This document shows positions 1 to 12,375 of a stretch of DNA of 64,000 nt, piece after piece; within the stretch, counting starts at the first letter, position 1; each line of letters opens with the position of its first letter. The translations under genes were made by a program, and so were the position numbers. A model generated the notes under the pieces. That model did not search any database, was not told where the DNA came from, and was given only the letters and a program-made list of their open reading frames with translations. The stretch is taken from contig JAAPAO010000003.1 in NCBI GenBank assembly GCA_013115145.1, forward strand, positions 169,153 to 233,152, written 5' to 3'. Origin of the DNA: Perkinsus chesapeaki ATCC PRA-425 (lineage: Eukaryota > Protista > Perkinsozoa).

Positions 1-1891
1 GGAGGTCGCTATGAGCGGGGCAGGGACCGTGGCAGACGGCAAAGCGGCTCTCGTGGAGGGAGCCGGGGTAGAACCTCCACACGCGACAGTCGAAGTCGCA
101 GACGTTCGAGGTAGCCTCCGATTAGGGAAGGGAGGATATGGTGAACGGTGGCAGGTCCAGAGATCGCGGCAGCCGCCATCAGCAGCAGCGTCGAGGAAGG
201 TCTAGATCCGGCTCGTCGTCGGGGTCCTCATCCAGCTCTCGGAGCTCCAGGTCTCGATCTCGGTCGAGACGCCGACATGCGAGGAAGAGCGGCTGGGACG
301 ATCAGACTGAGCAGCCAGAAGCGAGACACAGCAACTTCAGTAGGCTGGCGGCTGAGGCGGGGCGGGAAGCTAATGCTGCTGTGGTTTAGGTTCAGCGCCC
401 CCGGATGGATCTGTGGACCAGCAGATACTGCTGCAGCAGGCGATGCTCGGCGGTGGGGCCGGTGCTAATAAGAAGTCTAAGGAGGTGAGAGATGCTTGAG
501 GAGAATGAAGTCGCATTTTCTTTGGTAGCTGTACGTGGGCAATCTGGCTCAAGGGCAGGCGAACCAGGCCAACCTAAGGGCTTTCTTCAACAATGCTTTG
601 TCGGCCCTGCCGGAGTATCAGCAGAAGTAAGTTATGCCGAGATCACCGATGCCAGGGGGGCATGCTTCGGTTAGGTACGCCGCTTTACTGCCCACTGGTG
701 CCGTCAGAGAGGTGAGGATGTCCGTGGAAGGAATGTACGCATTCGTCGAGTTCGCCTCGGAGGAAATCGCTGTAACGTGTCTGGAGTTTGATAAGGCTGA
801 GTTCCTCGGTAAGTTGGCAAGCGGACTGGTCGTCTAGTGCTCGCCCGAATCAGGCCGACCAATGAAGATCGGACGACCCACTGGCTTGGCTCTACCCGGC
901 CCAGCCCCGCCCCCTATGGACGTCAGTGTCCTGCGCAACCAAGGATTCCTCCCTGGTAAGCAGCGTCTCGAGTTGGGGCACATGATCATCATCGGACATT
1001 CCTCTCAGGCAAGGGCATGCCATCCAACCCCTCACAGAACCGGAAGCAGCGGGAGCTCTACGTCGGAAATCTGGCTGTAAGACGGTTTGAGATAAGCGTC
1101 GTTGGGATGCCTGCTGCTGCAGGTCGGTGTGGTGACCCCACAAGTCCTACATGAGCTGTTCGAGCCTGCCTGTAAAGTGCTGCCGGACTATGACCCTACT
1201 TTGGGGCCACCGGTGCTGCAGGCCGATATCAGAGGAGATGGAAGGTAGGTGGCACCTGATGATCGGTTGAGGGAGTCGTAGAGGAAGACCATATGTTCCT
1301 AGGGGGAATGCCTTCAGTGTTTTCTTTCATCCTAGGCACCTCTAGGCATCGTCTTCGTATTAGGAACAGTTCTCGATCCTCGGGAAACACATGTCTGAGG
1401 ATAGATGCCGCCCTGCCTGATGGATTCCTCTCCCCTCTTTGCCAGGTTTGCCTTTGTCGAGTTCCAAAACGACCGGCTAGCAAGCGCGGCTATGAGCATC
1501 TTCAACGGGGTAAACCAAAGGGGGGCTGCCTCCACCTGCAACACTGCTGTTGTTCATTCAGATGGAAGTCCTTGGTCGCCGACTAGTCTGCAGTCGACCC
1601 CAAGGCTACGAGCCCCCAGTAGCCGGTAGCCTGCCAGCGCCCGCAGCTACTCAACAGTGGAACGCCATGCCGCAGCAAGCCAGTATAGGCTGGGGAATGC
1701 AGGGCGGAGGAGGCGGCCAAGGGTGGGGCGGAGAGCAGCAACAACAGCAAGGATGGGGCCGTGGAGGCTTTGATAACGCCAACAATACACCGTTACAGAA
1801 TCCGAGGAACTTTGGAGGGCCGGCAGATGGTCAGGACGCGGCAGCGAGGGCCGGTGCGGAGGCTGCCCAAGCTCTCTTGGGTGGACGCTGA
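1..1891 (+). CDS. U2AF65-like splicing factor (RS region, ULM-like RKSGWDD, two RRMs, Q/G-rich tail); 5' partial, multi-exon
   Basis: RS-rich exons. RRM1: LYVGNLAQGQANQANLRAFFNNAL ... YAFVEFASEEIAVTCLEFD ... RPMKIGRP. RRM2: FAFVEFQNDRLASAAMSIFNG ... LGRRLVCSRPQGY. GT-AG introns join the frames. Confidence 0.75.
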
Positions 1892-2361
1892 GAATGCTCC
1901 CGGTGGTGGATGGTCGTCCGAAGGGATAACGTCTATGGGGCCAACTTGAGAAGCTGCTGCTGCTGCCCCCGCCAACATCACTAAAATCGTTAGCTTCAAA
2001 CCCTACTGCGATTGTTTGGTTTTGTGACGTGAGGAGGAGCTAGTAGTTTAATTTTGTGGCGCAGCGGTCATCTTGGGAACTCGCTGTTAATGTGTGTTAT
2101 TGTTTTATAGGCCCTAGCGCGTTTTTTGCGCATGCGTGCAAGGAGCGTTTTTGACCGTATTTTTGTCACGCGATGTGGGAACGAGTTACTCTACTTCACT
2201 TCCCTTCTCGATCCCGACCACTTCGTGGGTTGATAACCGAACTCTTCTGAGATACTATATTTTGACGAAGAGTCTTTGCAGCTCCTCTTCCCCTCTTCCC
2301 TTCGCCTCCCCCTCCCCCCTCCCCCTTGACAATGTCATCGACCTCCTCTCCCATCACTGCA

Positions 2362-5010
2362 ATGGACTACATTAAGATCCAGTTAAGAAGCAGTCTGAGA
2401 GAGGATAGAGCCAATGAGGTAACCAACACTGCGGTGGTGGTGATGAAGTATTTAAGGTCACTATTAGATCTTGGCAAATGTCGATGAGGGTATCCTAGAG
2501 CAGATATCTTCCTTTTTGAGGGACGCGGAGATTGCTGAAGACAAGTAAGCTTCGTTGCATGCGCCTTACGTTAGTAGTGGAGCCCAATCGTTTGCATTTC
2601 TGCGAGCTTGTCTATAGTAATCGATTGTGCAGTAGAGCAGGGTGAAATATATATTGTAGTGCTACTAGTGGCAAAATAATGACGCCTCTTCCACCACCTA
2701 TCGACTCAGACATGCGACCCATTGTAATTACGGCAGTGTAGCGGCCTGGTACAGCAGCACTAACAAGTTCAGATTCCAGCATACTCAGCTACAGCAGCTC
2801 TACGAGTAGTACCGCGTCGCCTCTCTCCTCTGTGGCATCAGTTGTGGTTCAGATACATCGCCATCCTCTATGGCTGGGGCATCCCTATGTTCCTGACCGA
2901 GAGGCAGGATGAGAACTTCAATTTGGTGTTGGATATCGACATCAAGCTGGGGGCGCAGATGACGTGGGAGCATTGCGCTATAGCCGAGAAGGCTATTATC
3001 GATAAAGACGGCGGGACTAGATTTTTCGAGTTTATTATGAAGAACCTCTGCCCAGTACGTACCGGGCTTCGGGGGTCATGGAAAGGCTGATTCGCGATCA
3101 TCGCTCCAGTTATCGGTGGGAAGTTTCCGTCCCCACTGGCAACCCTTTTTTGACGTGACCGAACAACGAACGCGTGGGGGGAGGGCTTGGGGATAAAGTG
3201 TCACGAAGACAGTAGAAATCTCTAGCCTCCGGACACGTAATCCTCTGGGATGAAAACGCGTTCCTAATGCGGAGAAGGTACTCTGGAGCTTTTCCTAGAA
3301 AATAGGTCCCAAGAGCATGGCCAGGGAACACCAGATTTCCTTCTATGGCTCCCTGGCTGGAGTCTGGATGGGATTAGGCAATGCCGGCTCGATGCCTGTT
3401 CGATGTCACCAGGTATTCCCCGGGGAGAAGCAGAAGCATATCGATGCCGCCTTGTTCTCGGCCAGCGGATACAGCAGGGACTCGGGATCTCATAAGGTCT
3501 CATTGCATGTCGTATTCCCGAACATTATAGTGGACAGGAAGAGGGCTCCTAAAATACGTACTGATAAAGAGTCATCATCGCGGCGGTATGGCAGGTGGCA
3601 TCATCATCCTCTGGTGCTAGGTACACATATCGTTCAAAGGTTGTGGTCAGCGTCTTTGGAGGACGACCAGTCTTACGACCCTTTCATAGCTCAGCTCTCT
3701 CACGAGCTGCTCAAATTCTCTCCGGAGAATCGCTTCCGGAACGTCATTGATGAAACCAGTCTTATCGGCAGGTATGTCCGTCGCTGGGTGGGGAAGCAAA
3801 GCTTAGGTTGTTAGATTTGGTAACCGTCTGTGCTTCTGCGACAAGGCATCGAGGCCGCCGCTTGTTAAGCCCGAGGGAAGGCCGTTAAAGCCAGTGGGAC
3901 TGCTTAGATACAGCAGGAATAGGCAGTCTATCAGATGGTTAAGTGTAATAGTCGGGAGAAGGATTCGCGTCGCTGGCTCTGGCTGAGTTCTGACGTGTTT
4001 AGGGCAAGTTGACTGAAGCTGGCTGGGTGAGGATCTCATCGTGCCGATCGATGGACGGGACTTTGCCGAAGCTCACTCCTTGGGACCCTCCGCACGCTAC
4101 AGCCTCCCGAGTCACCCGAACTGGCCCGGGCGGAAGCTGCGTGGACGTGAACCCGCAGAATCAGGATGCTTTCAGAAGCAGACGCTCCCACCTGAGAGGG
4201 GAGGCTGGGACCGGTTCCACCGCCGCTGCTGGGAGGATGACCGAAAGCGCGTAGGCCTGGTGGCCAGCTTTGGTGGGAAGAAAGGAATCTTTCAGCCGTT
4301 TCGAGCTCGACGATCCCGTATCTGGGGAGCAGTTCAAAGCATGGCTCACAGGGTTTGACGGTGGCAAATGGGATGAGCACATCGAGACCAGATCGATATC
4401 GTGGAGGCCTTCGAGCAACCAGGGCTTCATCCAGTACTACCCTGAACGCAGTAAGTGTCGTGGCAGACGAGTGAAGACGACACGTCTGGTATTAGGGGTC
4501 ATCGATGTGATGGCCGTTGACGACACCTGGCTGGGCCTGCTCACGGATTTGGTTGCCGGGTCGACTAGCAAGCTGAAAGCTCGTCGAGTGGAGACTGATG
4601 GCAGCAGTAATAATGTCAACCTCACAGTATAGGACTTATGGTCTCTATAGATGACCTGCCAGCTGAAGCCACCGCGACTGCTAGTGCTGGAGTACAGGTG
4701 GAGGATGATGGAGATGAGGACATGTTAGAAATTAAAGAAGCTTTGGAGGACTACGCTAAGTCCTCCGATGACGAAGTAGAATAGTCTTTTGTGGAAGGCT
4801 GGGAAGATCTTCTGCAGGTCGAGTTGAAGGCAGGCGAGCTGGTGCGAGTTATGGAGGTGGATCCGTCTGGCTGGACTAAGGCACGCCACCACCAGCGTTT
4901 CGCTGTAGGATTTTCATACTTCCGCTCAGGTCCGCAAAGAGGATGGCACGTCGGGATGGGTTTCCGCTGAATTCCTCGGCAACCCCGATCCTAACCGTAT
5001 GCAGCAGTAG
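2362..5010 (+). CDS. AEP-superfamily primase-polymerase domain (NCLDV/PrimPol-like) with a C-terminal SH3 domain; multi-exon
   Basis: Motif I MFLTERQDENFNLVLDIDIK, motif II KVSLHVVFPNIIVD, motif III NVIDETSLIGRFGNRLCFCDK...GRPLKP. The last exons splice to ALEDYAKSSDDE/VELKAGELVRVMEVDPSGWTK/VRKEDGTSGWVSAEFL (SH3 pattern). Confidence 0.7.
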
Positions 5011-5347
5011 TGGCAATATCTTCTTCTATCGGCTGGTTGCGATGGCCCGTGCGGGAGTGCGCACAGACCATCGTCTCCTAGACGTTATTATCCCGTCTTC
5101 GTTAATTGATGCGGAGTTTCTTTGACTTGGCTGAATCACCCTCTTAAAAGCACCTATGTGTTGAGTTATCAGTCCAGTGGTGAAATACATTCCAACGAGG
5201 AAAAGAATACAGCCCGCATGAGGGGCAACGGCACATAATTTTCATGGTATTTCGAAGTCCGTACAATCGCGAGAAGTTGGCTGCAAGAGCATTTCATTTG
5301 GGAAACCCACGTCTTTCGGCTCTAGGAGCTCCGCGTAGTTTTTTTCG

Positions 5348-7719
5348 ATGAGTCGGCCAAATGCTCCCTTTCGATTGAAGTCCCGTCATAAGGCACAGCT
5401 GGCTTACGCAGCTGTGATACTAGCGAGCGCTATAGCCTGGGCCTGGCTACAATCGGTGGAGAGAGCCCCGTTGCCTGACGTCGACTTGAACGGAGATAGC
5501 ACTGCACGATGGCCGATTGTTTCGGTAGGGGTTGGTTCCACGTGGTCTGTCGCGGAGGGTGTTCAGGTGTGCGTGTGCTCGCTGGACGACAGCCTTGCCG
5601 AATTCGCTGCACCGCGCTTGGAGGGTCCCTTCGAGGCCACAGTGTCGGCGGAATGCTTCAGTGGGCGGCATACAACAGCTTTGAAGGCGGCCGGTGCGTC
5701 TACCTCTCCCGACTGTGCGGAACACATTCACCGTTTTCAGGCTGCAACCGTGACAGTCACTCCAGTAGCTGCTTGGCCGCGTTACGCACTGTCGCTTCTA
5801 ATTTTTCCGCGAAAAGCAACGTTCTCTCGGACGGCCTCCTATACCACATTTTCGCCTACTCTTCGCCATCTGGGCAGCCTCCCAAACGACCGTCGGTGAT
5901 GGAGAACTTCGCGTAGCATCTCCGAGGTATGTCAGCTCTCACTAGTGCTCCCTCAGAATCGTTGACGTGCGCGACCACAAGTTCGGTGTTGACTGGGTCT
6001 ATAACACAGTCTGGTTCCCGAATAGGCCCGCCGGCTTCCATGAGAAAGTGGCCTCGGCTCTCTCAAACCCGAGGTCCGCTCTCTGTTCTGTCAAGATTCT
6101 CAGCTTTGAAATTTCAGGCAGCAACTTTCCTTTCTGCTCGTTAGTGACGTACACAACTCAGCAAGGGCTCATTGGGATTTTTTGCACTCTGTTTACGACG
6201 CCTACATGCGGCCCCTAATAGAGAGCCGACTAGGCCTGGTACAGAAGCGGCCTGACTTCGGTTTGTCATGCCTCTATTTAGCTGCTCGATCTTGACGTAG
6301 ACTCCCAAGTTGTCCATGGCGCTAGGCTGCCTGGTAGAACGCCAAAGAGCGGTGGTGCCATCCAGGACATACGGTTAAGGAGCACCAAACAGCTGCGGGA
6401 GCTGCTCACAGAAGCCAGCCGGTGGGGGAGACCGGAGACCCTCAGACATGGGTACAGGAAACTTCCCCATAGCATACAGTAAGATTTGTCGGGACTGCTA
6501 GTGATTGCCATCACTTGCCCTTGACGCTCCCCAATACTTTTGTGAATATTCATTTACTGGATTGCCCGAAACTAGATTGTCGTTCCAATTCCTTATGTGA
6601 ATCATAGCTATCTCTTGCCGGGGAGCGGTTCAAGCCAGCGTCGATCTAGTTTCACTTGGAGAACCCCGTGGAGCTATGTCGCAACGCAGACTCGTTTGTT
6701 GACTGTGATTGTGTGCGTGTGCGTTTGTAGTCCAACGCCGAATGTGGCTTGTTGTCCCATGCTAGGACGCTCAGTGCTCCGATTCGCTGGGCGAGTTACT
6801 CACGAATCTTATTCCTTTTCTGCCGGGCATCGGTTCAGGGCGACGCCAAAGTTTAGTGGTGTATGTGTACTTCGGAACCTAGTGGATCTATGTCGCAACC
6901 CAGGTTCGCTAGTTCGCATGTCCCATTGGAAAGACGATATCACTTCTTTGCTTGAATGTCCCTAATCTCTGTTCCTCGTCAGTCTAGCTGCATACCTCGC
7001 CCCCGAGAACACCACTGTTTCCGTTGGTCCCGCAGAGAAGTCCAGCGTTGCGATCCCCGGCTGGGGAGTTGTCGCCTTCATTCCCACCGCAGATGACTAT
7101 GGCTTTGCTGCTGGCATGTGGCATGCCCACTTCCGTGCGTGGCTGGGACTTGAGCCCACATCGCCTTGTGACGAGTCTTCCGGCTGGCTGTGCTCTGACC
7201 CGATCAACGGTGTCACGGTGCCGGAGTTGTTCGAGATCGCTCGGGAAGCAGTGATATATTTCCGATCAGCGACGCGAAGCTCTTTAAAGCAGTTGAGAGA
7301 TTTAGTCGACAGTCTCCCTCAAGTAGCGGTGTCCAAGGAGATTGCGGAGCGGGCCTCCAAAGCTTCAGAGTGGATATCTGTCGACTTGGTACGTCCGTGG
7401 CGCGCTCGCTCCTCCCTGCCCGCGAGTTTCAAAGTTGTATCTTTCGTCACTGCGCGATGTATGGTTGTCTTAGGTGGAGATTGAGCAAATGGAATCAGCT
7501 TTGGCGGTGTCTAGAAGGAGCTACGAGGAGAGTACTGAAGTCCTTTATGATGACAGCATATCAGCTCGAAGCTACTTCAGCCAGGAATTCACGCTGGCTG
7601 TCTACCTTCCAATTGCGGCACCACTACTGATACCGATCCTCGTCAATTTCTTCCATGAGCTGCGCCTATGGAGAAAATCCCGAGGCATGGCGGACGCTGG
7701 TCACGAGAAGATCGAGTAG
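5348..7719 (+). CDS. PIGS: GPI transamidase component PIG-S (Gpi17)-like; multi-exon
   Basis: N-terminal TM ending AWAWLQSVERAPLP (PIG-S W..T..RA.LP pattern). C-terminal YFSQEFTLAVYLPIAAPLLIPIL TM resembles the PIG-S YFP....AIY.PL terminus. Internal exons not fully resolved. Confidence 0.7.
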
Positions 7720-8226
7720 ATCCTCGCAGTGTATCATTAATATTAAGTTTCAAGGTGAACGGTGTTGGAGTTCCGACGTCAGCGTGACAGAGGAACGCTC
7801 TTGTCACGAGTGCTAGTCCTGGGGGATTTGCCAGCTTCTAAGGGCGTAGTGGCGAGCAACGTTATGACCGCATGATTAGCGGCATAGAAGCGCGTGAATA
7901 TCAGTCGGAACGTGCCTTACCCCGGGTCAATCACCGGTGGGACTCTGCGCATGCGTGCCACAGGACTGCACGCATGAACTGTGGGTTATTGTCGGCCTTG
8001 TTTTAACCCACCAAAAAGCAATGGTTTTCCCGTGAGTTTACTAATCAACATTCGACGTCGCCTGGTCAACTAGATACCTTGCCGTGATGGTCATAGTCCT
8101 GGCTCGAAACCCGAGACCGGCGTGACTCAGAGGAAAATCGATTCTAATGGCGAGCGCTAAGTGCCGTACGCGGCGCTGATCACTCACCGTTTTGAGACCA
8201 CTCTTTCATTATTATTATTCTAAAAC

Positions 8227-9063
8227 ATGTCCCTTGCGCCCCCCATGTCTGCTTGTCGCGAAAATGACTATCTCGTGGATGCCTTCTCGTTATCTTCGGG
8301 CTCGTCTTCATCTGTCCTCGACGGGGCAGTTGGGTATGGCTCATCATCAACTCCCTTATCGGCAGCGTCATCCGTTGGTGGTAATTTTGGCAGCCTATCT
8401 AACAGACGTATGCGAATGGTATACGATACCAATCTACCTCGAGACCAGTTGATCGCGATGAAGCGTGCTCGTAAGCGTCAACTGAACAGGGAATCCGCTC
8501 AGAGGGTTCGAGAAAAAAGGAAGATGGAGTCCAGTGCCTTTGAGACACAATTGAGAGCTACTCGTATGGCCTTAGATGTGGCCAGGAAACAATTGGCCGA
8601 AATCTTGGCTGAGAGGAATGAGCTCAGGCGTCGCTTGGCCCGCTATGAGAACTCGGGGCCTGCGGGACGCGAATTTAATGCAAGTAGCAGTTCTGCAGCA
8701 AATAATGATGTGCCTATGAGCTTTGGAACTACTACAACCAACTCTACAACAGCTAACGGCCAGTTCAAGCCGTTTGATCTCAATAATATTTTTGGTGGGT
8801 CGATATTTTCATCTACATCTGTAACGCCATCATCGGTACCTGACAACAATGTAGCAAAACCCTTTCCGCTGACAGCAGATGGATGCGGCCTAGACAATGA
8901 ACCAAGGATATGCGAAGGTGCTGGTGGCCTGGAAGACCTCAAGGCATCCGGCGTGCGTGGTGACTCTTTTGCCTCATCATCGGCGTTAACCGGTGTCTCG
9001 TACAGCGGCAGCGCTCTCGATGGGTCATTGTCGGCCGCTTGGAACACATTCACAGTGGCTTAA
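8227..9063 (+). CDS. bZIP transcription factor, single exon, 278 aa
   Basis: Basic region KRARKRQLNRESAQRVREKRK with N-x7-R, followed by a heptad zipper (FETQLRATRMALDVARKQLAEILAERNELRRRL). Confidence 0.8.
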   Translation: MSLAPPMSACRENDYLVDAFSLSSGSSSSVLDGAVGYGSSSTPLSAASSVGGNFGSLSNRRMRMVYDTNLPRDQLIAMKRARKRQLNRESAQRVREKRKMESSAFETQLRATRMALDVARKQLAEILAERNELRRRLARYENSGPAGREFNASSSSAANNDVPMSFGTTTTNSTTANGQFKPFDLNNIFGGSIFSSTSVTPSSVPDNNVAKPFPLTADGCGLDNEPRICEGAGGLEDLKASGVRGDSFASSSALTGVSYSGSALDGSLSAAWNTFTVA

Positions 9064-9747
9064 TGGGTTTCGAGAGCGTCATCACAAGTCCCGCGGTTTC
9101 GTCGGTTCACGTTTCTGAAGTCGTCATCACCACTTGGTTCGCAACATCATTCTTGTTTCATTTTCCGGTATAACTCTTGGTCTCATGCCATGGTTTGTAG
9201 TCTGGCTGAGGCCCGCTACAGTACCGCCGCGGCCGCAGTGAAGAATATTGTAATTCTTCGTCTCCTATTGTTGTTAAATTATCAGCTTTTACCTCTCGCG
9301 ATATGTTGGCTCTGTTATAGTCATCGCAGTCTCTCGTAAAATCGTCATATCGATCGCATTTGTTGTAGCATTAGTATATTTTGCCACTAAGGCTTATTGT
9401 ATGCACCAGAGGTTGTGAGGACGATGACCTTTGCGAGCTCCTCCTTTACGCCCCTCTATGAACCATTGTCGCTTTGCCGTTTGGAAATCCAGGCAGTTAT
9501 AAAAAATATTCAAGTGCTCTGGCGTGCTTTCAACTTCTTGGGTTAGCAACCTCCATGTCATTGTTGGTGCGGTCGGGACGGACTGCCTCGATCTTCCGAC
9601 AGCTCTAAGGCTTACATCACTTTACCATTCGTTGCAATCAAAAAGGTCGTGTCTGGTATTGTTCAACTGCTGCTTTCATTGATCATCATATCGTTTTCGA
9701 TGCTAATGAGCGATTTGCGTTGACTAGTTGGCTCTGGGATAGAAGAA

Positions 9748-10877
9748 ATGCTGTCGAGATGGTTCAGTCGTAAGCCACCGAAGGCGCTGAGTCCGTACGG
9801 TAGGGCTTTCAAGCTGACAAATAGAAAGCGTGTAAGTGCTGATACCCACATATATCGATTTGGGCTCCAAACGGACGTGAGTAGTTCAGCAGCCAGTTGT
9901 GGTAATAAGTATCTGACATCATCATCATCATCAGGAGCATGTTCTCGGCCTACCAATAGGGCAACATGTGTTGCTAGCTCCACTAGGGACAGCATTGCCT
10001 AGCAGACCGTACACGCCAATAACAATCGGTAGGCTGCTGCTGGCAGCAGGGTCTGCTGATTGGTCTGGTCTCAGACCAGGTCACGAAGGGATATGTTGAG
10101 TTCCTCATCAAGACTTATCCAACGGGCCGGCTGACTCCGTGGCTTAGCCGCCTTGAAATCGGTTGGTTACGCCAGCTGTGGGGTAGCTCAGGTTGCCTCG
10201 CTCAGGTGATGAGGCGTTCGTTAGCGGCCCTTTTGGCCCCTTCACGTATGAGGGACGAGGGGCTGTTAAGATTCACGACGAGATCACTGGTGTGGTGTAA
10301 ATCACTGCTGCGCGGAACACGGCTGTTGGGCAGGCGAAAGGCGGCAGTCCGTGGCGAAGTCTTTAACGATGTTCGCGGGCGGCACTGGCATCACTCCGTT
10401 GTACCAGCTTGTACAGGCAATCCAGGCAGATCCGGATGATAAGACGACCATCGATTTGTGAGACTCCGCTTCAGTACGGGGGGACCGAGCGCTGCCAGGC
10501 ACTTTAGTAATCGGAGCGCGGAGGATGTTCTGCTACTTGGGGAGTTGACGGAGAGACTGAAGGCATGGGGCGATAGCTTTCGTGCTACCTTTTACGTGGA
10601 TACGGTGACAAGACTGCCCTCTGCGGTGTGTAGGGTGGAGGTGTCTCAGGGCCCGGTGCCTGAAGGCATGGTGGGAGGTCAACTAACCCCGGAAGCGGTC
10701 GAAAAAATCATATCGGAGAAGCCCCCTACAGACATGGTGAGGGCTGGCGGGCTTTACCTAATAGGAGGCTCTGCGCAGGTGCTGGGCTGCGGACCACCAG
10801 GCATGATTGAGAATTGTGTGCTTCCGGCCATGGAGGCCACGGGAGCTACCAAGGAGCAGCGAACGTTCATTTTTTGA
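9748..10877 (+). CDS. CYB5R: NADH-cytochrome b5 reductase family (FAD/NAD binding); start uncertain
   Basis: Spliced motifs SADTHIYRFGL/EHVLGLPIGQHV, RPYTP, VEFLIKTYPTGRLT, MFAGGTGITPLYQL, YFSNRSAEDVLL, CGPPGM. Confidence 0.85.
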
Positions 10878-10946
10878 GTGGGCGTTTCCGTACCATGTGT
10901 TGCGCTGGATAGTTGGGAACGGACGAGTGGCGCCTTCAGTGATGTG

Positions 10947-12238
10947 ATGCCCAGCCTCTGGGGGCTACTCGTAGTGGTTTCCGCCGCATTGATTTCACGC
11001 ACCGATGCCTTCGCACTGGGTGCTGTTGGTGGGCACTACGGGTGCCAGGACCACTGCAATTCACCCGTCTACAAGGTCATATCTGAAGCCCTGCAATCCC
11101 ACGGCATAGAGCTCTGGTATATAAACGGTACCAGCGGGTGGTTGACCGGCCCTGGTCGACGTAAGATGCTGAGGCTCATCTACCTGCTGCCGTGCTTGAG
11201 AAGCCATCTTATATACCTCTCTCTGTTCGAGTACCAAGAGACCATACTGCCGCTCATCGAGGTATCCCCCCATTGGACCATACCGGAAATCTCCTTCCAT
11301 CCGTTCTGGTACTGGCCTGGCGTCCTGGTTGCCCCGCACTTCCAGCTGCTCCCTTATGTCTTCCCTCTGTTCATTACCAATGCCCTCTTAGCTGTGGTAA
11401 TGCTGTACTCGCTGGTCATGGTTGCCGTCCACGATTTCATATGGGTTGTCAGCCTTATTAGACTCAGAAGCCTAGGGGAGCTCATGCAGGAGGTCGACTG
11501 GACTATTCGGGAGTGCGCTGTGCGGTGCGCCATCTTCACCTTCTTGCCCGACCCACTGCAGGTACCAAACGCCTGCCTATTTTCTATCCGCCGACCTTCT
11601 GTTCCTTTTAGGATCTTCTGTTCTACCTTTCGCTAGCTTGGGACGGCCTCCTCTTGGCCGTGCAGGCTCTGATGCCTGTAGCGGTCACAGTAGGGTACTT
11701 CCTGTGGTGGAAGGGCGCCTCTGCCGACGTGCAGGAACGTTACGCAGACTGGGGCTACCGGCTCGTGCGCCAGTGGGCGGGCATGAAACCTGGCTACCTC
11801 CCCCTAATTCATTGTGACTCTTCTAAGGCGAACGGGCGGCACCGACCGCAGGCTTCTTGGGAGACGAAATCGAGGCGTATCTTTTACAGCTTGGTACGGA
11901 GACCGCTCGCACATGTGCACGGCGGTCGGTTCCTAACTAGCGTACTCGATGTGGAAGGATGGAACAATACAACGCTGACAGCAGGAGGCGGAGATGGGCT
12001 CGAAGAGCGGCAAACGGCAACCTCTGAGGAGGAGAGCGGGCCAGAGCCGGCCATGAAGCCCGGGCGTTGTGTCATCTGTCTCCATCGTCGAGCCGAAGTT
12101 GTGCTTGTCCCTTGTGGGCATATGATACTGTGTCGGCAGTGCTACAGTGATGCCCGAGAGGACGCTGCTGACGTCCTTGCCACTTGTCCCCTTTGCAAGA
12201 CCACCGTGAGAACAGCCTGTCGGGTTTACACCACTTAG
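10947..12238 (+). CDS. Membrane protein with signal peptide, TM segments and C-terminal C3HC4 RING finger (putative E3 ligase)
   Basis: MPSLWGLLVVVSAAL signal-like start, several hydrophobic segments, and CVICLHRRAEVVLVPCGHMILCRQC...CPLCK at the C-terminus. Confidence 0.75.
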
Positions 12239-12375
12239 GGGTCTGGACTACCGAGCCCACCTGCACCATCGTTACCTTGTTTGTTCTTTCCTCTGGAACT
12301 GATTTTTCTCATCACATTGAGCTGCGTTATGGCGTTCCTGGCTACCCCACGCGAACGCAGTCTGGAGTTGTACCT

